Shown in pieces: positions 1 to 9,201 of a stretch of 64,000 bases of DNA. This DNA is from Acidobacteriota bacterium (GTDB taxonomy: Bacteria; Acidobacteriota; UBA6911; RPQK01; DATIPO01). A model generated the notes under the pieces. The model worked only from the letters and a program-made list of their open reading frames with translations, did not search any database and was not told where the DNA came from. The DNA lies in NCBI GenBank assembly GCA_035471925.1, contig DATIPO010000203.1, positions 15,426 to 79,425 of the forward strand, given 5' to 3'. Both the position numbers and the translations under genes were made by a program. Position 1 is the first letter of the stretch. Each line of letters begins with the position of its first letter.

Positions 1-62
1 TCCTGCCACTGTCCTGCCGCCAAAAAGCGGAACGCCCCTGGCCGGCGGACGTTGTTAGAGCT

Positions 63-2522
63 ATGTTCCAGAGATCATTGGAGGATGTTCGGCTGGCTTG
101 TCGGGCGCTGCTTCGGCGGCCTGCCGTCACGCTGCTGGCCGTGTTGACATTGTCGCTGGGGCTGGGCGCGGGGACGCTCGTCTTCAGCGTGACCAGCCAC
201 GTGCTGCTCAACCCTCTCCCCTACGACGAACCCGGACGACTGGTCATGATGTGGAACCGGTTCCCGCGTCAGGAATTGGATCGGGCAGCTTTCTCCGGTC
301 CCGAAATCATGGATTTGCGGGAGTTGGAGGACGTCTTTCAAGGCGTAGCGGCGATTTGGCAGCGATATGGCAGCTTCGGCGACGGAGAGGGCGACCCGGA
401 GCAGGTCCACATTGGCTGGGTGACCCACGACTTTTTTCCAGTGCTGGGCGCATCGCCCGCTCTGGGTCGTCACTTTGAAGCCTCCGACGACGTACGCGGA
501 GCGCCGCCTGTCATCCTTTTGTCGCACCGTATCTGGAGCAGCCGCTACGCCTCTGATCCCGATATCGTGGGCAAGTCGGTGCTTTATAACGGCGAGCCGA
601 TCACGGTTGTCGGCGTGATGCCCAAGGACTTCCGCGTCCTGCTGCCGGCGGACGCCTCCATCCCCAGCCGTTTGGACGCCTGGCTTCCCTGGGGCGGCGG
701 ATACGAAGAGATGTCGCGCGGTTTCCACCGCTTCAGCGTCATCGGACGCCTGCGCCCCGGCGTGTCCCTGCAAGAGGCCCGCCAGCAGGTGGCCGCCATG
801 AGCAGCCGGGTGGAAGCCGAGGAGGCAGCCTACACCCGTTCAGGATACGCCGTCGATGTCGAGCCCCTCCACGGAGACTTGGTGGCGCCCGTGCGGCAAC
901 CGCTCATGGCGCTCATCGGAACCGTCTTCCTGGTCCTGCTTATCGCCTGCGCCAATGTGGCCAACCTGCTGCTGGTGCGCGCGGCCTCGCGTGAATCCGA
1001 GATCGCTCTGCGGGCCGCGCTGGGCGCCTCGCGCTTCCGGCTCCTGCGGCTTTTTTGGACCGAGTCGCTGATACTGGCCGCGGTATCCTGCGCCTTGGCG
1101 GCTTCTCTGGTGTGGGCCGGACTCCTGGTCATCCGCTCGGCCTCCATCAGCGCCTTGCCGCGTCCCGAGGCCATCGAGATGAACTGGACGGTCCTGGCCT
1201 TCGCGCTAGGCGCGTCCTTGCTCAGCAGCCTGGTCTTCGGCAGCGCTCCGGCTCTTCAGGGAGCGCGGGTGGAACTGGTGCAGGCCCTCAAGCAGGGCAC
1301 GCGGTCCTCGCGGGGAATGGGCCTGATGCGCAAGGGCATCCTGGGCATCGAAATGGCGCTTTGCGTCCTGCTCTTGATTGGAGCCGGGCTACTCCTGCGC
1401 AGCTTCGACAACCTTCGCAACGTCGACGGCGGCGTTCATCCCCACAACGTCCTGACGCTGAAGCTTTCGCTCCCCTTCACCCGTTACTTCTACAGCCAAC
1501 CGGTTCCCATCATCGACTTCTACAAAGGGCTTTCGGAGGCTGTCTCTGAGATGCCCGGCGTGCGGACAGCGGGCTTGACCAACTTTCTGCCTCTCAGCGG
1601 CGTCAGCAACTGGGAAGATCCTTACAGCTATGACACGCCGGACGGCCCCCTCGAGTGGGGCGCGGCCTCAGCCGACTACCGCATCGTCACCCCCGAGTAT
1701 CTGTCGGCGGTGGGAACCCGGCTGCTGCAGGGACGGTTCTTCGACCGCCAAGACGATCTTGAGCACCCGCTGGTGGCTCTTGTCGATGAGGAACTGGCCG
1801 CCCGCGCCTGGCCCGACGAATCGCCCCTGGGCCAGCGCCTGCGCGTTAACCGCTTCCTCAACGGCAGCTACTCTCCCGAGTGGGCGCAGGTGGTTGGAGT
1901 GGTGGAAAGCGTCCGCTCTCACGGGCTGGAGATGGAGGCCGTGGGGACGCTCTATCTCCCCCATGCCCAGTCGCCCCTGCGCAGCATGGCTCTTGCAGTC
2001 CAGACCGAGGCCGGGGCCTCGCAAGGCCTGGTGGAATCGATCCGTGAAGCGGTGCTGGAGCAGGACGCCCTGTTGCCGATCTTCGACGTCCTTCCCATGC
2101 AGCGCTACATGGAGCAGGCCCAGAGCCGTCTTCGACTGGTCTTCCTTCTGGTTCTCTCCTTCGCTCTGCTGGCACTAACGTTGGCCGCCGCCGGAACCTA
2201 CGGAGTGATGTCGTTCATCGTCCGCAACTCGACCCGCGAGATCGGCATCCGAGCCGCTTTGGGCGCCGACCGGCTGCGCATCTTGCGCTGGGCTTCCTCG
2301 CGCTGCTTGGTCCCTGCCTTCTGGGGGATCGCGGCTGGCGCGGCGGCCGCATTCCTGCTGGGCATGTCGTTCTCGGACCTGCTCTTTCAGGTCTCCCCCG
2401 GCGATCCCATGACCTATGTCGCCTGCTGCCTGCTGGCCCTGACCGTAGCGCTGGCGGCCACCTTCCGTCCCGCTTTGCGCGCGGCCTCCATCCATCCCTC
2501 CCAAGCCCTGCGCAGCGAATGA
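63..2522 (+). CDS. FtsX/MacB-like ABC transporter permease, 'ADOP' type (two MacB periplasmic domains plus two FtsX 4-TM domains)
   Basis: 819 aa. N-terminal conserved ADOP leader (LRRPAVTLLAVLTLSLGLGAGTLVFSV), two FtsX-like TM blocks, typical C-terminus ...IHPSQALRSE. Confidence 0.8.
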   Translation: MFQRSLEDVRLACRALLRRPAVTLLAVLTLSLGLGAGTLVFSVTSHVLLNPLPYDEPGRLVMMWNRFPRQELDRAAFSGPEIMDLRELEDVFQGVAAIWQRYGSFGDGEGDPEQVHIGWVTHDFFPVLGASPALGRHFEASDDVRGAPPVILLSHRIWSSRYASDPDIVGKSVLYNGEPITVVGVMPKDFRVLLPADASIPSRLDAWLPWGGGYEEMSRGFHRFSVIGRLRPGVSLQEARQQVAAMSSRVEAEEAAYTRSGYAVDVEPLHGDLVAPVRQPLMALIGTVFLVLLIACANVANLLLVRAASRESEIALRAALGASRFRLLRLFWTESLILAAVSCALAASLVWAGLLVIRSASISALPRPEAIEMNWTVLAFALGASLLSSLVFGSAPALQGARVELVQALKQGTRSSRGMGLMRKGILGIEMALCVLLLIGAGLLLRSFDNLRNVDGGVHPHNVLTLKLSLPFTRYFYSQPVPIIDFYKGLSEAVSEMPGVRTAGLTNFLPLSGVSNWEDPYSYDTPDGPLEWGAASADYRIVTPEYLSAVGTRLLQGRFFDRQDDLEHPLVALVDEELAARAWPDESPLGQRLRVNRFLNGSYSPEWAQVVGVVESVRSHGLEMEAVGTLYLPHAQSPLRSMALAVQTEAGASQGLVESIREAVLEQDALLPIFDVLPMQRYMEQAQSRLRLVFLLVLSFALLALTLAAAGTYGVMSFIVRNSTREIGIRAALGADRLRILRWASSRCLVPAFWGIAAGAAAAFLLGMSFSDLLFQVSPGDPMTYVACCLLALTVALAATFRPALRAASIHPSQALRSE

Positions 2523-2552
2523 CGTCCCGGCTGAAACCTCATTCAGTCCTGG

Positions 2553-2880
2553 CTCGCTGAAGGCAAGCCACGTGCCCTCCTTCGCCGAGGCCATGCAGGT
2601 GTCAGGCGTTGAAAGCCATAGTCAGAGCTCGCTGAAGGCGAGCCATGTCCCCTCCTTCGCCGAGGCCATGCAGGTGTCAAGCGTTGAAAGCCATCGTCCG
2701 GGCTCGCTGAAGGCGAGCCATAGGCCAGCCCAGGGTAGAGCGAAGCCGCGCAGCGGCAGGGCGGCACCCTGGGTCCAGATGACCAAACCAAACGAACCCT
2801 GAGAGGGTGGAATGGCGGTACTTCGAAGCCCTCGGTTGCGGTTTGCAGGGACATTGGTGCCCCCTCTGAAAATGTGCCCC
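2553..2880. repeat. Intergenic structured repeat, copy A: three tandem ~75-bp units, each starting with hairpin GGCTCGCTGAAGGCGAGCC, followed by a ~100-nt conserved tail
   Basis: Units at about 2553-2627, 2628-2703 and 2704-2780 share the hairpin. The third unit and its downstream tail are homologous to loci at 52713-52795 and 63326-63500. Confidence 0.6.
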
Positions 2881-2954
2881 GGCGGTGGAAACCCCTGACG
2901 TGCGCAGCATCCCCGTGCAAGCAGGTTCAGATCGGCTATGGCAGGATATTAAAC

Positions 2955-3449
2955 ATGCAGGTCACGATCAGGAAGGCGTCCGTGGAGGACGCCGCCGAGG
3001 TCGTTGCGGTGATCAATACGGTCATCGCGGAAGGCGGCTTGACGCTCTTCGACAAGCCCTTTTCGGTTGACCAGGAGCGACGTTTCATCGCTTCCCTAGA
3101 CGAGAGGAGCGCCCTTTTTGTCGCCCAATCGCCTCAGGGCATCGTCGGCGTCCAATCGGTGGACGGCTTTTCTGACTACTCCGCGTCAGGACGTCACGTC
3201 GCCACCATCGGCACCTGGCTCCTGCCCGAAGCCCGCGGCAGCGGTGCGGCCACTCTTCTGGCCCGAGAATCCTTCCGCTTCGCCCGTGCAAACGGATACG
3301 AAAAAGTCGTCATCCAGGTCTTGGCTGAAAACGCCCGCGCCCTGGCCTTCTACCGCAAGCTGGGCTTCCAATCCATCGGCACCGCCCGCCGCCACGTCAA
3401 ACTCAATGGCCGGTATCATGACGAGGTGTTTCTGGAGAGATTTTTCTAG
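2955..3449 (+). CDS. GNAT family N-acetyltransferase
   Basis: MQVTIRKASVEDAAEVVAVINTVI... acetyl-CoA binding-like motif RGSGAATLL. The ORF-track start at 2874 lies inside the repeat, so the internal ATG at 2955 is preferred. Confidence 0.65.
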   Translation: MQVTIRKASVEDAAEVVAVINTVIAEGGLTLFDKPFSVDQERRFIASLDERSALFVAQSPQGIVGVQSVDGFSDYSASGRHVATIGTWLLPEARGSGAATLLARESFRFARANGYEKVVIQVLAENARALAFYRKLGFQSIGTARRHVKLNGRYHDEVFLERFF

Positions 3450-3695
3450 CCAAGCCTGCACTCAGATCTCCCACCCGCCATGGAAGTGTGGGATAACGTT
3501 AAAAGGCTGCCCGGCACAAGGATCCTGCACAGGCGGGGGCGGAAGCGAATGCTGAAGCCGACTTCCTCGCCTCCCCGGGGCCACAGATAGCAAATGCGTG
3601 ATGCGTTGAAGCGTTGTTTGAGAGCGACCCGCGCAGCAGGATGGAGCCAGCCAGAGATGAGAAGAGCCAACGACTGAGAAGACAAGTGGAGGACG

Positions 3696-4127
3696 ATGAT
3701 GAAGAGATTCATGCTGGTGGTGATCACGGCAGCCTTGACCCTCGCCGGGAGCCTGGGAGCTCAAGAAGCCGACCAAATCAAGGTCGAGGAACTGGCCAAG
3801 ACTACGACAAGCTGGGACGGCAGGGCGATACCCGCCTATCCCGAGGGACAGCCTCAGGTCACGGTCAGCAAGGTGACAATCCCGAGCGGGCTCAAGCTGC
3901 AGTGGCACAAGCACCCCGTACTCACGGCAGGTGTTGTCCTCAAAGGCCAACTCACGGTCATCACTGACAAAGACGAGAGGCTGCACCTCAAGGCCGGCGA
4001 GTCGATTGTCGAAGTCATCAACAAGTGGCATCATGGCGTCAACGAAGGTGACGAGCCCACCGAGATCATCGTTTTTTACGCTGGCGTCGAAGGCCAGCCC
4101 GTCACGGTGTTGAAGCCCGAACAATGA
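3696..4127 (+). CDS. secreted cupin-domain protein
   Basis: Signal peptide MMKRFMLVVITAALTLAGSLGAQ; cupin_2-like core (LKLQWHKHP...GESIVEVINKWHHGVNEG). GGAGG-like RBS upstream. Confidence 0.6.
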   Translation: MMKRFMLVVITAALTLAGSLGAQEADQIKVEELAKTTTSWDGRAIPAYPEGQPQVTVSKVTIPSGLKLQWHKHPVLTAGVVLKGQLTVITDKDERLHLKAGESIVEVINKWHHGVNEGDEPTEIIVFYAGVEGQPVTVLKPEQ

Positions 4128-4333
4128 TCAACGGCGCCCCCGCGGTCATTTACAACAAGAATGGGATGCAGACCTGACCTTTCTCCGGGACGGCACATGC
4201 GAGATCGAGCCGACTAATTCGAAGTTCATGTTGAAGCTCGCTTCTCGCTCCAAGGCTCATAACTCGTTCCTACCTCTAGATCGAACCAAGATGAGTTGAA
4301 GCGATTCGTCGAGGTTTTCGCCAAGACAAGACA

Positions 4334-4366
4334 TTGACTCCTGAGCCTTTCAATATTACAATGTAA
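4334..4366 (+). promoter_or_regulatory. sigma70-like promoter (TTGACT-N17-TACAAT) overlapping a 5-1-5 palindrome TTACAaTGTAA; candidate PadR autoregulatory operator
   Basis: TTGACT at 4334-4339, TACAAT at 4357-4362, palindrome at 4356-4366. padR ATG at 4371, so a leaderless or very short leader. Confidence 0.35.
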
Positions 4367-4370
4367 GCAT

Positions 4371-4709
4371 ATGGCCCAGCGGACATCTTTAGGAGAGTTT
4401 GAACAGATGGTGTTGCTGGCGGTGCTGCACTTGGATGAAGAGGCCTACGGGAACGCGATTTGCGAGGCCATCGAAGAGAGGACGCGCAGAGCGGTTTCGC
4501 GCAGCTCGTTGTATGTCACGTTCGACCGGCTGGAGGCCAAGGGGTTCCTCAAGTCAAGGCTGGCTGATTCCAGCGCCGAGCGTGGAGGGCGTCCCCGGCG
4601 CTATGTCGAGGTGACGGCTCAGGGCCTCGCCTCGCTGGCCGAGTCACGCCAAGCCCTTTTGAGCATGTGGAGAGGGCTGGAAGACGTGCTGGAGGAGGCG
4701 AGTTCGTGA
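4371..4709 (+). CDS. PadR family transcriptional regulator
   Basis: 112 aa winged-helix PadR signature (LLAVLHLDEEAYGNAICEAIEERT...SLYVTFDRLEAKGFL). Immediately precedes an ADOP permease, the arrangement usual in Acidobacteria. Confidence 0.8.
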   Translation: MAQRTSLGEFEQMVLLAVLHLDEEAYGNAICEAIEERTRRAVSRSSLYVTFDRLEAKGFLKSRLADSSAERGGRPRRYVEVTAQGLASLAESRQALLSMWRGLEDVLEEASS

Positions 4710-7636
4710 CCCCAGCACGCCATCCAGAGAATTCACCTCATCCGCCCCGCTTGGCGGTGTGGCTGTTGGAACGCTGCATCAGGCGCGAACCGGCCCGCTC
4801 CGGTGTGGTGGGCGATCTCTTCGAGGACTACCGGCATCTGCGCGACCGCCTGGGACGTTGGAGGTCAGACGGGTGGTTCTGGCAGCAGTCCTTCGCCATC
4901 AGTGCAAAATACCTGTTGGCTCGGGACAGACTGCCACGGACGGCTTCCCGCCCGCCCGCCCCGGTCCGCCAGGCCAAGTCTCAGCGGGCCAGAGAAAGGA
5001 GAACCCTCGTGCCCAAGAATCTTATCCTCGATCTCCGTCAGGCCCTTCGCTCCTTGGCCAGGACTCCGACTTTGACCCTGGCGGCAGTCTTGGTGGCGGG
5101 ACTGGCCGTCGGGGCCAACGTGGCGGTCTTCAGCTTGCTCAACGCGGCCTACTTTCGTCCGCTGCCGTTTCCCGCGGCTGAGCAGCTTGTCATGGTTTGG
5201 AATCTCACTCAGGAAGGCGAGACCGACAACATTTCTCCAGCCGACTTTCTCGACTGGCGGCGGGAAAACCGCGTTTTCGAGAGTCTGGCGGCCTACCACA
5301 GCGCCAGCTTCAATCTGACCGGACGTGGCCAGCCCTTGCGCTTGGAGGGGTATCGGGTTTCGGGAGAATTCTTCCAGACCTTGGCGACTCCCGCGATGAT
5401 GGGACAGCCTTTTGGCCAGTCCTCTGACAGGCCCGGGGCGGAGCCGGTCGTGGTGCTCAGCTATGGATTCTGGCAGAACCGCCTGGGCGGCGACACGGGA
5501 GTGGTCGGCCAGTCCCTGAACCTCAACGGGACGCCCCACACGGTGACGGCGGTCATGCCGGCCGAGTTCCGTTTCCCCCACCCTCAGGCCAAGTTGTGGG
5601 TGCCGCTGGCCCTGACGCCGGAGCAGCGTGAGCAGCGGAGCTCTTTTTATTTGATCGGCGTGGGACGGCTGGCCGCGGATGTTTCAGCCGCTCAAGGCGA
5701 AGAGGCCATGGTGGCTCTCAATGGCCGCATCCAGCAGGAGCACTCGCCCGACGAGGACTCATCGGTGGTCCTGCAGCCGCTGCGCGAGAACTGGGCCGGA
5801 GATTCGGGGGCCGCGGCCCTCTTGCTGCAAGGCGCCGTGCTGCTGATCCTGCTGGCGGCCGGCGTCAACATCGCTCACGTCCAGCTTTCCCGTGCGCTGG
5901 GAAAGCGCAGGGAAGTGGCGACCCGGCTGGCCCTGGGGGCCGGACGGGGACGGGTGTTCCTGCAGCCCTTGATGGAAAGCTTCTTGATCACTCTCGGTGC
6001 AGCGGTGGTCGGTTTGGCGCTGGCGCTCATCGCCATTCCGATCTCCTTGAGGTTTCTAGCGGACGAGCCGACTTGGTCGGCGGACATCCACATCGACGGG
6101 ACGGTAGTGGCCTTTACGTTGGCGATCGCGGGCTTGGCCGGAGTCTTGGCAGGACTGGCGCCCGCCCTTCGAGCCCTGCGTTCCGACCCCGCCCGGTCTC
6201 TCACCGAAGACGCACGCGGGGTTGGCCTTTCACGGGGATTCCGCCTGCGCGGACTGCTGGCGGCGGGAGAAGTGTCCTTGGCCCTCATCCTCCTCATCGC
6301 CGCCGGACTCTTGGTCCGCACCACCCTCCACCTCCTGTCGCTTGATCTCGGCTTCCAGCACCGAGGTCTCCTCAGCCTGCGCATGGACCCGCCCGAATCG
6401 CGTTACCCTAACGGGCCGGCCCGCCACCAGTTCTACCGACAAGTGCTGGACGAAGTCACAGCCCTTCCCCAAGTCGAGTCGGCCGGATTCACCGCCGGCC
6501 TCCCCTTCACGCTTGCCGGCGGATCGCTGGGCTTCACCGCCGAAGGCATCGAAGTAGCGCCCGACGAGCCCGTCTTCGCCGCCTACCGCGGCGTCAGCGA
6601 AGGCTACCTGCAGACCATGGGCATCCCTCTCCTCAGCGGACGCTACTTCACCCGTGACGACCTGCGCCCCGGACGTGCCGCCGTTATCATCAACCGGGCC
6701 ATGGCCCGCCGTTTCTGGCCTAACGGCGACGCCCTGGGCAAGCGCCTCAAGCTTTTCGGAGAGAACTCCAGCCAGCCTTGGGCCGAGATCGTGGGAATCG
6801 TGGCCAACGTCCGCCGTTTCGACTTGGCCGCCGATCCTCCTCCAGCCTTCTATGCCCCCTACACCCAAGTCCCCATTACCCACTTTACCCCCCGCGACCT
6901 CGCCATCCGTGTTCGTGGACCCGATTCGAGCGGCTCAGGCGCTGGAGATCCACAAGACACGAGCGCGGCATCCGGAATGCCATCCTCTCGCCCGTCATCG
7001 GCAATCCCTTCGAACCCGCCGCAGTCAGAAGCAACCTTGGCCCGTCGGTCTTCGGGAGTTGCTGCGAACCAAACGACTTCCCCGCAAGGTGCATGTCAAG
7101 GACTAAGTCGCCAAGGCCAACTGGCAGCCAGCCCGCTACAGATCGCCGAAGCCGTGCGCCAAGCCATCCGCCGCGTCGATCCTAGTCTGCCGGTCTACAA
7201 CCTGCGTCCCGTGAGCGACATTGTGGACGAGTCCTCCCGCGCCACCCGCTCTCAACTGGCCTTGCTGGGCACCTTCGCAGTCCTGGCCTGCCTTCTCAGT
7301 GCCCTGGGCGTCTACGGAGTCATCGCCCACTCGGTCCGCTCCCGTTCCGCCGAGCTGGGCTTGCGCATGGCCCTCGGCGCCGCCCCTGGGACCATCAAGA
7401 AGTCCATACTTCGCCAGGGCGCCCTCATCGCCTTGACCGGCTTGGCCCTAGGCCTCCCCGCCTCACTGGCCCTGACCCGATTCATCACTTCCTGGCTCCA
7501 CGGCGTCCGCCCCGCCGACTGGCCTACCTACGCCGCCGCCTCCCTCTTTCTGCTGCTCATCGTCCTGGCCGCCAGCTACCTTCCCGCGCGCACTGCCTCC
7601 ACCCTAGATCCCGCCACCACCATGCGGTCTGATTAG
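4706..7636 (+). CDS. FtsX/MacB-like ABC transporter permease, 'ADOP' type, paralog 2, carrying a ~65-aa low-complexity insertion
   Basis: GTG at 4706 overlaps the padR stop (GTGA) with GGAGGAGG 5 bp upstream; the ORF track begins at 4667. Conserved PPRLAVWLLER leader, two FtsX domains. Ser/Pro-rich insert between RVRGPD and LAASPLQIAEAVRQAIRRVDP (~6907-7125). Confidence 0.75.
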   Translation: MTPARHPENSPHPPRLAVWLLERCIRREPARSGVVGDLFEDYRHLRDRLGRWRSDGWFWQQSFAISAKYLLARDRLPRTASRPPAPVRQAKSQRARERRTLVPKNLILDLRQALRSLARTPTLTLAAVLVAGLAVGANVAVFSLLNAAYFRPLPFPAAEQLVMVWNLTQEGETDNISPADFLDWRRENRVFESLAAYHSASFNLTGRGQPLRLEGYRVSGEFFQTLATPAMMGQPFGQSSDRPGAEPVVVLSYGFWQNRLGGDTGVVGQSLNLNGTPHTVTAVMPAEFRFPHPQAKLWVPLALTPEQREQRSSFYLIGVGRLAADVSAAQGEEAMVALNGRIQQEHSPDEDSSVVLQPLRENWAGDSGAAALLLQGAVLLILLAAGVNIAHVQLSRALGKRREVATRLALGAGRGRVFLQPLMESFLITLGAAVVGLALALIAIPISLRFLADEPTWSADIHIDGTVVAFTLAIAGLAGVLAGLAPALRALRSDPARSLTEDARGVGLSRGFRLRGLLAAGEVSLALILLIAAGLLVRTTLHLLSLDLGFQHRGLLSLRMDPPESRYPNGPARHQFYRQVLDEVTALPQVESAGFTAGLPFTLAGGSLGFTAEGIEVAPDEPVFAAYRGVSEGYLQTMGIPLLSGRYFTRDDLRPGRAAVIINRAMARRFWPNGDALGKRLKLFGENSSQPWAEIVGIVANVRRFDLAADPPPAFYAPYTQVPITHFTPRDLAIRVRGPDSSGSGAGDPQDTSAASGMPSSRPSSAIPSNPPQSEATLARRSSGVAANQTTSPQGACQGLSRQGQLAASPLQIAEAVRQAIRRVDPSLPVYNLRPVSDIVDESSRATRSQLALLGTFAVLACLLSALGVYGVIAHSVRSRSAELGLRMALGAAPGTIKKSILRQGALIALTGLALGLPASLALTRFITSWLHGVRPADWPTYAAASLFLLLIVLAASYLPARTASTLDPATTMRSD

Positions 7637-7694
7637 CCTGCCGATGGAGTGCATTGCCGGGGTTGTGGAGTGGCCGGTGACGTCAATCAGATGC

Positions 7695-8129
7695 TTATGA
7701 AGTAGTCTGGCCATCGGCAGGGCGAAGGACGAAAGAGCCGTGTTCGTGTTCGCCAACGGCCCTGAAGTCACGATGATCGATGGTCAGGATTTCGCGAGTG
7801 CGCAACCGCTCCGCTACTGCAATGACAGCCGCGTCCACGAATCCCAACTGTAGACCCTGAAAGCGCTGGATGAGCTTGCGGCAGCGCTCCACGTCACTCT
7901 GGGTCATATGATCAAGCGAAAACGCACCGCTTTCGACGCTCTCTAGGAAGTCGAGTGAGGCTGGAACCCCTAGATAACGGACCAAGAAGTAGTCGAGTTC
8001 CGCAATAACGGGCAATGGCACGACGATTGGTCCTCGACAGTCTTCGACGAAATCCCTTACTGCCTCGTGGTGCTTATCGGCTCGATCGTAGAGTGCGTAC
8101 AGTGCTCCCGTGTCGGCAACTAGGGTCAT
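7695..8129 (-). CDS. vapC: PIN-domain ribonuclease toxin VapC
   Basis: 144 aa. PIN acidic residues (LVADTGALYAL...DAAVIAVAER...TIDHRDF). 4-bp overlap with the upstream antitoxin. Confidence 0.75.
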   Translation of the reverse strand: MTLVADTGALYALYDRADKHHEAVRDFVEDCRGPIVVPLPVIAELDYFLVRYLGVPASLDFLESVESGAFSLDHMTQSDVERCRKLIQRFQGLQLGFVDAAVIAVAERLRTREILTIDHRDFRAVGEHEHGSFVLRPADGQTTS

Positions 8130-8359
8130 GAACCAGACCCTCGCATCCCGTCCAGGAGTTCCTCGGCTCTTTCCGAGATGTCGCTGCGTCCACTTGAATA
8201 GGCTCCTACCCCCTTGGGCATGGGCCGCTTATCGTTCCTGTCGAGATAAGCATCGAGTGCCTCACGAATGAGAGCTGACTGCTGACGCCCCTGTTTCTTG
8301 CTGAGCTGTCTGAGTCGGAGCATAGTCGTCTCATCGAGGTAAAGAGTCGTCTTAACCAT
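8126..8359 (-). CDS. vapB: ribbon-helix-helix (CopG-type) antitoxin VapB
   Basis: 77 aa; MVKTTLYLDETTMLRLRQLSKKQGRQQSALIREALDAYL is an RHH fold. ATGA overlap with vapC. Confidence 0.7.
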   Translation of the reverse strand: MVKTTLYLDETTMLRLRQLSKKQGRQQSALIREALDAYLDRNDKRPMPKGVGAYSSGRSDISERAEELLDGMRGSGS

Positions 8360-8475
8360 ACAGTCAGTCTACCATATATGGCACCACCTATAGGCGTCTG
8401 GAAACGCCCGCCAGTGCGTGCTGAGCTCCCACAAAGGAAATTGCTGCAAAGCTCCACTGGCCATTCTCTCGAGTC

Positions 8476-9201
8476 TCAAGCGAACTCGCCCAAATACTGG
8501 GGGAGCATTGTGCGCCAGGTGGGCCAGTCGTGGTCGTATTCGGGGCCCCAGGGATCGACGCGGTTGGGGATGCTGCGCGAGCCCAGGACGTGGGCCATGC
8601 GCCAGGACTCCTGGGGATCTTCCCAGCGTCCGCCGCCATAGGGCATGACGATGTAGCGGCGCTGCAAGAGGTGCAGTTGGGGGCCGTCGGAGAGGTTGGG
8701 CAGGTAGTGCAGGGGCGAGGAGAAGTAGAAGTCATGGTTCATGTGTCCGCGCATGTACTTCTCCAGATCGTAGGTGCCGCTCATGCCGATCGCCAGCTTG
8801 AAGGCGTCGGGATGGCGGCAGACGGTGGCCACGGCGTTGAAGGCTCCGATGGAAGCGCCGACGGCGATGATCTCGATGCCAGGAGACTTGCAGTCGGCCT
8901 GGATGGCCGGAACCACCTCGTGGTAGATCATCGAATCCCAGGCGGTTTGCAGCCAGGAACAGTGCTGGGGGGGATAGCCTTCCAGCCAGGCTCGCCCAGC
9001 GATGCTGTCGAGGGAGTAGACCTTGATGCGTCCTTCTTCGATGAGGTGGCGCAGGGCGCCGACGAGGTGGAAGCGTTCGACTTCTTCGGCGTCGCCTCCG
9101 GCCGTGGGGAAGATGAGAACAGGCGTCCCGTAGTGTCCCCAGCGTACCAGGCGGACTTCGCGGTGGATCCGGTCGGAATGCCAGACCGAAGACTCCTTCA
9201 T
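8476..9201 (-). CDS. esterase family protein (PF00756, esterase D / enterochelin-esterase-like alpha/beta hydrolase)
   Basis: GASIG nucleophile elbow (IAVGASIGAFNA) and conserved His near the C-terminus. Start chosen at MKESSVWH, overlapping the upstream ATP-grasp gene. Confidence 0.6.
   Translation of the reverse strand: MKESSVWHSDRIHREVRLVRWGHYGTPVLIFPTAGGDAEEVERFHLVGALRHLIEEGRIKVYSLDSIAGRAWLEGYPPQHCSWLQTAWDSMIYHEVVPAIQADCKSPGIEIIAVGASIGAFNAVATVCRHPDAFKLAIGMSGTYDLEKYMRGHMNHDFYFSSPLHYLPNLSDGPQLHLLQRRYIVMPYGGGRWEDPQESWRMAHVLGSRSIPNRVDPWGPEYDHDWPTWRTMLPQYLGEFA

Noticed and set aside
2572-2802. 76-aa ORF (MPSFAEAMQVSGVESH...) with an internally repeated peptide
   Set aside because: It is the translation of the tandem DNA hairpin repeats. 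The repetition is at the nucleotide level and the same element occurs non-coding at two other loci.
6073-6883. Multiple 90-217-aa ORFs inside the second ADOP permease gene
   Set aside because: Nested or antisense frames inside a well-supported long CDS.
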